Translations under genes and position numbers: made by a program | Notes under the pieces: model-generated | The model's database searches: none | The model's input: only the letters and a program-made list of their open reading frames with translations | Told to the model about the DNA's origin: nothing | Assembly: GCA_041628615.1 (NCBI GenBank) | Contig: JBFKOW010000001.1 | Location: forward strand, 21,963 to 85,962 | DNA: 64,000 nucleotides | Origin: Paracoccaceae bacterium | GTDB lineage: Bacteria; Pseudomonadota; Alphaproteobacteria; Rhodobacterales; Rhodobacteraceae | Direction of reading: 5' to 3' | Part shown: piece after piece, positions 8,871 to 16,051 of the stretch | Layout of the letters: the number at the start of each line of letters is the position of its first letter | How positions within the stretch are numbered: position 1 is the first letter of the stretch

Positions 8871-10622
8871 ATGACCGACCAGCCCGCCTATCAGGTTCTG
8901 GCCCGCAAATACCGCCCCGAGACCTTCGCCGACCTCGTCGGGCAGGAGGCGATGGTCCGCACCCTGAAGAACGCCTTCGCCGCCGACCGCATCGCTCAGG
9001 CCTTCATCATGACCGGCATCCGCGGCACCGGAAAGACCACCACCGCCCGGATCATCGCCAAGGGGATGAACTGCATCGGCCCGGACGGCACCGGCGGCCC
9101 GACCACCGATCCCTGCGGGGCCTGCGAGCATTGCGTGGCGATCATGGAGGGCCGCCATGTCGACGTGATGGAGATGGACGCCGCCAGCCGCACCGGCGTC
9201 GGCGACATCCGCGAGATCATCGACAGCGTCCGCTATCGCGCCGCCAGCGCCCGCTACAAGATCTACATCATCGACGAAGTCCACATGCTGTCGGTGAACG
9301 CCTTCAACGCACTGCTGAAGACGCTGGAGGAACCGCCCGAGCACGTGAAGTTCATCTTCGCCACCACCGAGATCCGCAAGGTGCCGGTGACGGTGCTATC
9401 GCGCTGCCAGCGCTTCGACCTGCGCCGGATCGAGCCGGAGGAGATGATGGCCCTGCTGCGCCGGATCGCCGCCGCCGAGGGGGCGGAGATCGCCGACGAG
9501 GCGCTGGCGCTGATCACCCGCGCCGCCGAGGGGTCGGCCCGCGACGCGACCTCGCTGCTCGACCAGGCGATCAGCCACGGCGCCGGCGAGACCACCGCCG
9601 ACCAGGTCCGGGCGATGCTGGGGCTGGCGGACCGGGGCCGGGTGCTCGACCTCTTCGACCTGGTGCTGAAGGGCGAGGCGGCGGCGGCGCTGGCCGAGCT
9701 GTCGGCGCAGTATGCCGATGGCGCCGACCCGCTGGCGGTGCTGCGCGACCTGGCCGAGATCGCCCACTGGGTCAGCGTCATCAAGGTCACCCCGGAGGCC
9801 GCCGAGGACCCGACCGTCGGCCCCGACGAGCGCGCCCGCGGGCAGGCGATGGCCGCCGCCCTGCCGATGCGGGTGCTGGCGCGGATGTGGCAGATGCTGC
9901 TCAAGGCGATGGAGGAGGTGGGCCAGGCCCCGAACGCGATGATGGCCGCCGAGATGGCGGTAATCCGGCTGACCCATGTCGCCGACCTGCCCGCCCCCGA
10001 GGAGATCGTCCGCCGGTTCCACGAGACCCCGCCGCCCGCCGCCGGCGGCGGCGGCGGCGGTCGTGCCCCCCGCCCCGCGCCCGCCGCGCCCGCCGGGTCT
10101 GCCGGGTCCGCCGGGCCTGACGGGGCGGGTCCGAACGGCGCCGGGCCGGTGGCCAGCGGCACCCTCGCGGTGTGGGCCGAGACCGCGCTGGCCCGCTATG
10201 CCCTGTTCGACGACGTGGTCGAACTGATCCGCGCCCAGCGCGACGTGAAGCTGCTGGTCGAGGTCGAGACCGGGCTGCGGCTGGTGTCCTACGCGCCGGG
10301 CCGGATCGAGGTGGAGCCCACCGCCGACGCCGCCGCCGACCTGGTGCAGCGGCTGGGCACCGCGCTGCAGCGCTGGACCGGGGTCCGCTGGGCGGTGTCG
10401 GTGGGCCGCGGCGGCGGCCCGACCATCGCCGAGACCCGCGACGCCGAGGCCGCCGCCCTGCGCGCGAAGGCCGCCGCCCACCCGCTGGTGCAGGCCGTGC
10501 TGCGCGAGTTCCCCAACGCCCGGATCGGCGAGATCCGCAGCCCGAAGGCGATCGCCGCCGAGGCCGAGGCCGGGGCCCTGCCCGAGGTCGACGAGGAATG
10601 GGACCCGTTCGAGGACGACTGA
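8871..10622 (+). CDS. dnaX: DNA polymerase III subunit gamma/tau
   Basis: YQVLARKYRPETFADLVGQEAMVRTL, a GIRGTGKTTTARI P-loop, IYIIDEVHML and SRCQRF. The C-terminal half contains a low-complexity Ala/Gly/Pro linker. Confidence 0.95.
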   Translation: MTDQPAYQVLARKYRPETFADLVGQEAMVRTLKNAFAADRIAQAFIMTGIRGTGKTTTARIIAKGMNCIGPDGTGGPTTDPCGACEHCVAIMEGRHVDVMEMDAASRTGVGDIREIIDSVRYRAASARYKIYIIDEVHMLSVNAFNALLKTLEEPPEHVKFIFATTEIRKVPVTVLSRCQRFDLRRIEPEEMMALLRRIAAAEGAEIADEALALITRAAEGSARDATSLLDQAISHGAGETTADQVRAMLGLADRGRVLDLFDLVLKGEAAAALAELSAQYADGADPLAVLRDLAEIAHWVSVIKVTPEAAEDPTVGPDERARGQAMAAALPMRVLARMWQMLLKAMEEVGQAPNAMMAAEMAVIRLTHVADLPAPEEIVRRFHETPPPAAGGGGGGRAPRPAPAAPAGSAGSAGPDGAGPNGAGPVASGTLAVWAETALARYALFDDVVELIRAQRDVKLLVEVETGLRLVSYAPGRIEVEPTADAAADLVQRLGTALQRWTGVRWAVSVGRGGGPTIAETRDAEAAALRAKAAAHPLVQAVLREFPNARIGEIRSPKAIAAEAEAGALPEVDEEWDPFEDD

Positions 10623-10681
10623 TGCTTGAGACCGGCCGCCGCAGCGCGTAAGTCGGGCCCGGCGCAACAGGAGATACCGCG

Positions 10682-11026
10682 ATGCTGAAGGGACTGGGCG
10701 GTCTTGGCGACATGGCCAAGATGATGAAGACGGCGCAGGAGATGCAGGCGAAGATGGCGCGTCTGCAGGACGACCTGGAGACGATCACCGTCACCGGCGA
10801 AAGCGGCGCCGGGCTGGTCAAGGCGACCGCCACCGCGAAGGGCGAACTGAAGGGGCTCGACATCGACCCGTCGATCTTCAACAGCGACGACAAGGAAGTG
10901 GTCGAGGACCTGATCCTCGCCGCGATCAAGGACGCGCAGAAGAAGGCGCAGGCCCGCAGCGCCGAGGAAATGCAGAAGATCCAGTCCGAACTGGGCCTGC
11001 CGGCGGACATGAAGCTGCCGTTCTGA
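10682..11026 (+). CDS. ybaB: Nucleoid-associated protein YbaB/EbfC
   Basis: 114 aa. [20 protein letters not shown]...[28 protein letters not shown]. It sits in the conserved dnaX-ybaB-recR context. Confidence 0.9.
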   Translation: MLKGLGGLGDMAKMMKTAQEMQAKMARLQDDLETITVTGESGAGLVKATATAKGELKGLDIDPSIFNSDDKEVVEDLILAAIKDAQKKAQARSAEEMQKIQSELGLPADMKLPF

Positions 11027-11054
11027 CGGCGGCGGCATCCGGGCGGCGGGCGGC

Positions 11055-11648
11055 ATGGCGCAGGACACCTCCGAGATCGAGGCGCTGATCCAGCTCATGG
11101 CGCGGCTGCCGGGGCTCGGGCCGCGCTCGGCCCGGCGGGCGGTGCTGCACCTGATCAAGAAGCGCGGCCAGCTTCTGACCCCGCTGGCCGAGGCGATGGC
11201 CCGGGTCGGCGCCACCGCCCGCGAATGCCTGACCTGCGGCAACATCTCGACCCGCGACACCTGCGACATCTGCACCGCCGAGAAGCGGCGCACCGGGCAG
11301 ATCTGCGTGGTCGAGGACGTCGCCGACCTCTGGGCGATGGAGCGGGCGGCGGTGTTCCGCGGCCGCTACCACGTGCTCGGCGGCACCCTGTCGGCGCTCG
11401 ACGCCGTGGGCCCCGACGACCTGCGCATCCCGCAGCTGGTCCGCCGCGTCGCCGAGGAGGCGGTGACCGAGGTGATCCTCGCCCTGCCCGCCACCGTCGA
11501 CGGCCAGACCACCGCCCATTACATCGCCGACCAGTTGCCCGGCGTGACCGTCACCTCGCTGGCGCAGGGGGTCCCGGTGGGCGGCGAACTAGACTACCTC
11601 GACGACGGCACGATCAGCGCCGCGCTGGCCGCCCGCAAGTCGGTCTAG
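11055..11648 (+). CDS. recR: Recombination protein RecR
   Basis: [16 protein letters not shown], a C4 zinc finger [16 protein letters not shown], and a Toprim segment [13 protein letters not shown]. Confidence 0.95.
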   Translation: MAQDTSEIEALIQLMARLPGLGPRSARRAVLHLIKKRGQLLTPLAEAMARVGATARECLTCGNISTRDTCDICTAEKRRTGQICVVEDVADLWAMERAAVFRGRYHVLGGTLSALDAVGPDDLRIPQLVRRVAEEAVTEVILALPATVDGQTTAHYIADQLPGVTVTSLAQGVPVGGELDYLDDGTISAALAARKSV

Positions 11649-11998
11649 CCGCCGCCCGGCAGCGGGAACCGGACCGACGCGGCGGCCCAGCCATCGACGT
11701 TGCAGGAGGCCCGGACGACCACCTCGGCCACGCCGGCCGGGATCGCGATGCCGGACAGGCTGCGGGTGAAGGGCATCTCCGCGACATGCGGGTGGGCGAG
11801 CGCCCGGGTCGCCAGCACCGTGCCGTCCGCCAGTTCCACCCGCCAGCCGTCGGCGTAGTGGTCCCAGCCGGTATCGGGATGGGCCAGCCGCACGTCGAAG
11901 CGCCAGCCCGACGCGGAGGGCGCGGCCTCGACCGAGAGGATGTCGGGCGGATCGGCCCAGGCCGGGGCGGCGGCGAGGAGGAACGGCAGCAGGCGCAT
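11645..11998 (-). CDS. Small secreted protein of unknown function
   Basis: 117 aa with signal peptide [15 protein letters not shown] and a plausible non-junk composition. Its stop overlaps the recR stop convergently (CTAG). Confidence 0.5.
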   Translation of the reverse strand: MRLLPFLLAAAPAWADPPDILSVEAAPSASGWRFDVRLAHPDTGWDHYADGWRVELADGTVLATRALAHPHVAEMPFTRSLSGIAIPAGVAEVVVRASCNVDGWAAASVRFPLPGGG

Positions 11999-12052
11999 GG
12001 CGGCAGTCTGCCAGACCCGCCGGCGCGGCGGGCTGACGATGCCGTGAGCCGT

Positions 12053-12463
12053 TCAGAACGGCCGGTAGACCACGAGGATAAGCACCCCGATCGCGCCCAG
12101 CACGCTGATCTCGTTGAACACCCGGAGCCAGAGGTCGGTCTCGCGGAACTCGCCGCGCCGGGCCCGCAGCACCAGCCGCCCGGTCCAGCCGTAATGCGCC
12201 GCCAGCGCCGTCACCAGCCCGAGCTTGGCCCAGACCCAGCCGGGAAAGCCCAGCCCCCAGCCGAGCCAGAGCCCCGACAGGATCGCGATCACCCCGAGCC
12301 CGAGCGAGAAGCGGTAGATCCGCACCGTGAGGTCGCCGGTCGGCCCGAAGGCCCGGTTCGCCGCCCATTCGCGTTTCCAGTAGATCAGCGCCCGCGGAAC
12401 CGCGAAGATGCCGGTCATCCAGCCGAGAACGCAGAGGATATGCACGACCTTGAGCCATTCCAT
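12053..12463 (-). CDS. hemJ: CopD/UPF0093-family membrane protein, possibly protoporphyrinogen IX oxidase HemJ
   Basis: This is the distal 136 aa of ORF 12053..12925. MEWLKVVHILCVLGWMTGIFAVPRALIYW resembles the HemJ N-terminus. There are four predicted TM segments. Confidence 0.6.
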   Translation of the reverse strand: MEWLKVVHILCVLGWMTGIFAVPRALIYWKREWAANRAFGPTGDLTVRIYRFSLGLGVIAILSGLWLGWGLGFPGWVWAKLGLVTALAAHYGWTGRLVLRARRGEFRETDLWLRVFNEISVLGAIGVLILVVYRPF

Positions 12464-12598
12464 GCCCCCTGAGTGCCGCGCCGGCCGGGCGGGTGCAAGC
12501 GGCGATGCGGTGGCGGCGCGGCCACGGCTCCGCGGACCCGCCCGGCAGAGGGTCGAATTCGCCGCAAAACTGCCGCATTCGCCGCCTAGCAGCGCCGC

Positions 12599-13423
12599 AT
12601 GACCCGCGCCCTTCGCCGCCTCGCGACCTGGCTCGCGCTCGCCCTGACCGTTCTGCCTGCCGCCGCCGCCGCGCAGGACAGCCCGCTGCGGCCGCTGGCG
12701 GACGGCATCGACGCCCGGCAATGGGCCGGGGTCGGCCGGCTCGAGATCGCCGGCAAGGGCTTCTGCACCGCGGCGCTGATCTCGGACCGGCTGGTCCTGA
12801 CCGCGGCCCATTGCCTGTATGACGCCGAGGGCGCGCGGATCGACGCCGGCCGCCTGCTGTTCGCCGCCGGGATGCGCGACGGCCGGTCGCTGGCCGAGCG
12901 GCAGGTCAGCCGGGTGGCGCTGCATCCGCGGTTCCTGCCCGGCGTCACCCCCGACCGCGACAGTTTCGGCGCCGACATCGCGCTGCTGGAACTGGCACAG
13001 CCGATCCGCGGCACCCGGGTCCGGCCCTACCCGGTGGCCGCCGCGCCCGAGCGGGGGGCCAATGTCGGCGTGGTGTCCTACGGCGTGGACCGCGCCGAGA
13101 CCCCGGCCCTGCAGCGCATCTGCTCGGTGCTGGAAACCTGGAGCAGCGCCATGATCATGAGCTGCAGCGTCGATTTCGGATCGTCCGGCGCGCCGGTCTT
13201 CTCGCTGGTGGACGGCAGTCCGCGGATCGTCGGCGTGGTCACCGCGAAGGCCAGCGTGGGCCGCCGCGACGTGTCGGTCTCGGCGGTGGCGCTGGACAGC
13301 TACGAAACCCTGCGCAGCGTCCTGAACGGACAGGGCGGCGTCCGGCCGGGTCCGGCCCAGGTGCGGGTCCTGTCGGGCGGCGAACGCAACGCGGGCATCG
13401 GCGCGAAATTCGTCCGGCCCTGA
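12599..13423 (+). CDS. Secreted trypsin-like (S1) serine protease
   Basis: Signal peptide plus the catalytic triad contexts LTAAHC, DIALLEL and FGSSGAPVF. Confidence 0.8.
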   Translation: MTRALRRLATWLALALTVLPAAAAAQDSPLRPLADGIDARQWAGVGRLEIAGKGFCTAALISDRLVLTAAHCLYDAEGARIDAGRLLFAAGMRDGRSLAERQVSRVALHPRFLPGVTPDRDSFGADIALLELAQPIRGTRVRPYPVAAAPERGANVGVVSYGVDRAETPALQRICSVLETWSSAMIMSCSVDFGSSGAPVFSLVDGSPRIVGVVTAKASVGRRDVSVSAVALDSYETLRSVLNGQGGVRPGPAQVRVLSGGERNAGIGAKFVRP

Positions 13424-13449
13424 GCGCCGACCGCGCCCCTTCCCCCCCC

Positions 13450-13479
13450 CTTGAAACCCGAAAAACAGGCTCCCAGATA
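13450..13479 (+). promoter_or_regulatory. Candidate RpoH (sigma-32)-type heat-shock promoter of ibpA
   Basis: CTTGAAA (13450-13456), a 15-nt spacer, then CCCAGATA (13472-13479), compared with the E. coli consensus CTTGAAA-N13-15-CCCCATNT. It lies about 95 nt upstream of the ibpA ATG. Confidence 0.45.
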
Positions 13480-13574
13480 GAATGCATCGGGGTGCCGGTT
13501 GCGGGCCCCGTGGACTGCCCGTCTCCGCAGCGGAGAGGGTTCACATAGTGGTATCGCTCAATGGAGGATCAACC

Positions 13575-14054
13575 ATGCGTAGCTTCGATCTTGCGCCGCT
13601 CTACCGCGCGACCGTCGGTTTCGACCAGATCGCCGACATGATGGACCGGGTGCTGAGCACCGAAAGCGCCAACCCGACCTACCCGCCCTACAACATCGAG
13701 AAGACCGCCGACGACGGCTGGCGCATCTCCGTCGCCGTGGCCGGCTTCGCCGCCGGCGACCTGACCGTCGAGGTGCGGGAGAACACGCTGTTCGTGTCGG
13801 CCCGGAAGTCCGAGACCGAGGAAGACGAAGGCCGCACCTACCTGCATCGCGGCATCGCCACCCGCGCCTTCGAGCGCCGCTTCCACCTTGCCGACCATGT
13901 CCGGGTGACCGGCGCCTCCCATGTCGACGGCATGCTGCACATCGACCTCGTGCGCGAGGTGCCCGAGCGGCTGAAACCCCGCCGGATCGAGATCTCGACC
14001 CAGCCGGCTGTCGAGACCGACGTGGTCGAAGGCAAGGCCGAAACGGTCAACTGA
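13575..14054 (+). CDS. ibpA: Small heat-shock protein (Hsp20/IbpA family)
   Basis: Internal ATG at 13575 with GGAGGA 7 nt upstream. PPYNIEKTADDGWRISVAVAGFAAGDLTVEVRENTLFVSARK and GMLHIDLVRE are alpha-crystallin domain signatures. Confidence 0.9.
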   Translation: MRSFDLAPLYRATVGFDQIADMMDRVLSTESANPTYPPYNIEKTADDGWRISVAVAGFAAGDLTVEVRENTLFVSARKSETEEDEGRTYLHRGIATRAFERRFHLADHVRVTGASHVDGMLHIDLVREVPERLKPRRIEISTQPAVETDVVEGKAETVN

Positions 14055-14104
14055 TCCGGTGCCGGGCGGGCGGCGCGCACCGCCCCCGGCCTGACAACCG
14101 GAGG

Positions 14105-14140
14105 CCCCGCGGCGGATCGCCCCCCGCCGCGGGGTTTCTG
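14105..14140 (+). terminator. Rho-independent terminator after ibpA
   Basis: An 11-bp GC stem, CCCCGCGGCGG / CCGCCGCGGGG, followed by TTTCTG. Confidence 0.7.
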
Positions 14141-14193
14141 CATCCCGCGGCGGCCCCTTGCAGCGGCCGCCCGCCCGTGCCACCGAGCCGGGC

Positions 14194-14967
14194 ATGACCC
14201 GCACCCTCGTCCTTCTCGCCCATCCCGAACCGCGGTCCTTCACCGGCGCCTGGGCCGACGCCACCGCGGCCGCCGCCCGCGCCGCCGGTCACGCGGTGAC
14301 GGCGTCGGACCTCGTCGCCGAGGGCTTCGACCCGGTGGAGCGCCCCGGCCACTACGCCGCCGGGCCCGGCCCCTTCGACCCGCTGAAGGCGCAGGAGGCC
14401 GGCCGCCTGCCCGCCGATATCGCCCCCCGCGTGGCGCAGGTGCAGGCCGCGGACCGGATCGTGTTCCACTTCCCGATCTGGTGGTTCGGCCCGCCGGCGA
14501 TCCTGATGGGCTGGTGTGACCGGGTGCTGGTCCACGGCGTGCTGCACGACGTCGACCACCGTTTCGACCGCGGCCCCTGCGCCGGGACGTCGGCGCTGTT
14601 CTGCGTCACCACCGGCGCCAGCGCCGCCGAGTGCGGCCCGGACGGCCGCGAGGGCGACGCCCGGCTGCTGCTCTGGCCGCTGGCGCAGACCCTGCGCTAT
14701 CTCGGGATGGAAGTGCTGGAGCCGGTGCTGGTGCACGGCGTCCACGGCTACCACGAGGGCGCCGCGAAAGCCGAACTGGAGGCCCGGCTGGCCGCGGTGC
14801 TGGACGGTCAGGCCGGGCTGATCGGCGGCTGGGACCGGCATCCGCGCTGGCCGTTCAATCCCGACAGCGATTTCGACGCCGCGGGCCGGCTGCGCCCCGG
14901 CGCGCCGAGCCACGACCCGTTCATCCGGCACCCGGGCCCGCAATCGTCCAGCCGCCGGGACGCATGA
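14194..14967 (+). CDS. Flavodoxin-like-fold NAD(P)H dehydrogenase (quinone), NQO/KefG-like
   Basis: MTRTLVLLAHPEPRSFTGAW..., then ADRIVFHFPIWWFGPPAILMGWCDRV, typical of the Flavodoxin_2 family. Confidence 0.75.
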   Translation: MTRTLVLLAHPEPRSFTGAWADATAAAARAAGHAVTASDLVAEGFDPVERPGHYAAGPGPFDPLKAQEAGRLPADIAPRVAQVQAADRIVFHFPIWWFGPPAILMGWCDRVLVHGVLHDVDHRFDRGPCAGTSALFCVTTGASAAECGPDGREGDARLLLWPLAQTLRYLGMEVLEPVLVHGVHGYHEGAAKAELEARLAAVLDGQAGLIGGWDRHPRWPFNPDSDFDAAGRLRPGAPSHDPFIRHPGPQSSSRRDA

Positions 14968-15207
14968 CCGGGTGCTGACGGCCGCCGCGCCGCGGCGCCG
15001 GTCCCGGAACCGGGCAAACCGGGTCCCGCGCCGGACCAGATGCGGCCGGGACAATCTCCTGCCGCACCGGAGCCGCGCTGCATCGGCGACCGGAAGCGGC
15101 GCGCGACCGGCGCGATCGCGCCGCCGGGCCGCGTCCGCCTTGCCGTGTCCCGGGAGGGTCATTCCGGCGCTTGCCGCGCGCGGACGAAGCGGGCAACCCT
15201 GCGCGCC

Positions 15208-15981
15208 ATGAAGCCCGTCATCGAAACCGCCCGTGGCCTGTCGGCCTGCGCGACCTGGTTTCTCGGCACCCCCGTCGTCAACGCCCGTGTCGCGGTCGGT
15301 GCCGGGAACACGCAGGACGCCCGCGCGATCTATGCCCGCCATTGCCAACGGTTTCTCGACACCTGTCGCATCACCGTGGAACTGGACGGGGAGCCGCCCG
15401 CCGCGGGCCGCGGGTGCGTGCTGTGCCACAACGAATCCTCGTTTCCCGACCTGATGGCCTACATGGTGTCGGTTCTGAACCACGCCGACCGGGTCGCGGC
15501 CGCGGATATCTACAGGTACTTCCCGTTCGCGCGGGGGGCCTTCGCCCGGATCGGTTTCGAGATGGTCCGGCGCGGCAACCGCGCCGCCACCGACGCGCTG
15601 ATCGGCAGAATGATCGAACGGCTCCGCGAAGGGGAGCGTGTCGCCTGGGGCGGGGAAGGCGCGCTGTCGGGCACCGACGGGGTCAGGCGGTTCAAGATCG
15701 GGGCCAGCCTGATTGCCATCGGGGCGGGCGTTCCGGTGATCCCGATCGCGATTCACGGCGGACATCACACCATGCCGCTGGGATCGGTGCGCGCGCGGCC
15801 CGGCACGATCCGCATACGCTTTGGCCCCCCCGTCGCCACCGAGGGCCTGACCGCGGCAGATGCCCGTGACCTGGCGGATCGCCTCCGGTCCTGCGTGTCG
15901 GGCATGTATTCGGACCTCGCAGGGCGCGCATCCGCGCGGGTTCCGGGACCCGATGACGCGGCGCCGGACGAGAGACGGTAG
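15208..15981 (+). CDS. Lysophospholipid (PlsC-like) acyltransferase family protein
   Basis: Internal ATG of ORF 15040..15981. It has a CHNESSFPD block (an atypically spaced H..D motif), FKIGASLIA and VPVIPIAIHG, which resemble LPLAT motifs I, III and IV. Confidence 0.6.
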   Translation: MKPVIETARGLSACATWFLGTPVVNARVAVGAGNTQDARAIYARHCQRFLDTCRITVELDGEPPAAGRGCVLCHNESSFPDLMAYMVSVLNHADRVAAADIYRYFPFARGAFARIGFEMVRRGNRAATDALIGRMIERLREGERVAWGGEGALSGTDGVRRFKIGASLIAIGAGVPVIPIAIHGGHHTMPLGSVRARPGTIRIRFGPPVATEGLTAADARDLADRLRSCVSGMYSDLAGRASARVPGPDDAAPDERR

Positions 15982-16051
15982 CGGTTGGACGCAGCGCCCG
16001 CGCCGGGGGGCTGCGGCCGCCGGGGCCGGGGCCCGTCGATAGCTCCCGAGC

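Noticed and set aside
8848-8880. Possible SRP (4.5S/ffs) RNA. The minus strand contains GGTCCGGAAGG, identical to 11 nt of the SRP RNA domain IV core, next to dnaX, where alphaproteobacterial ffs often lies.
   Set aside because: The flanks (CGGAGGGATCG after the match, GGTCATCGGC before it) do not reproduce the conserved AGCAGCC / GGUCAGG loop sequences. The element would also overlap the dnaX start codon on the opposite strand. No SRP-like long hairpin with a GNRA apex could be built on either strand.
8871-10622. A programmed -1 frameshift site in dnaX, as in E. coli (A AAA AAG).
   Set aside because: I saw no A AAA AAG or other slippery heptamer in the gene. Alphaproteobacteria are known to generate the short form by other means.
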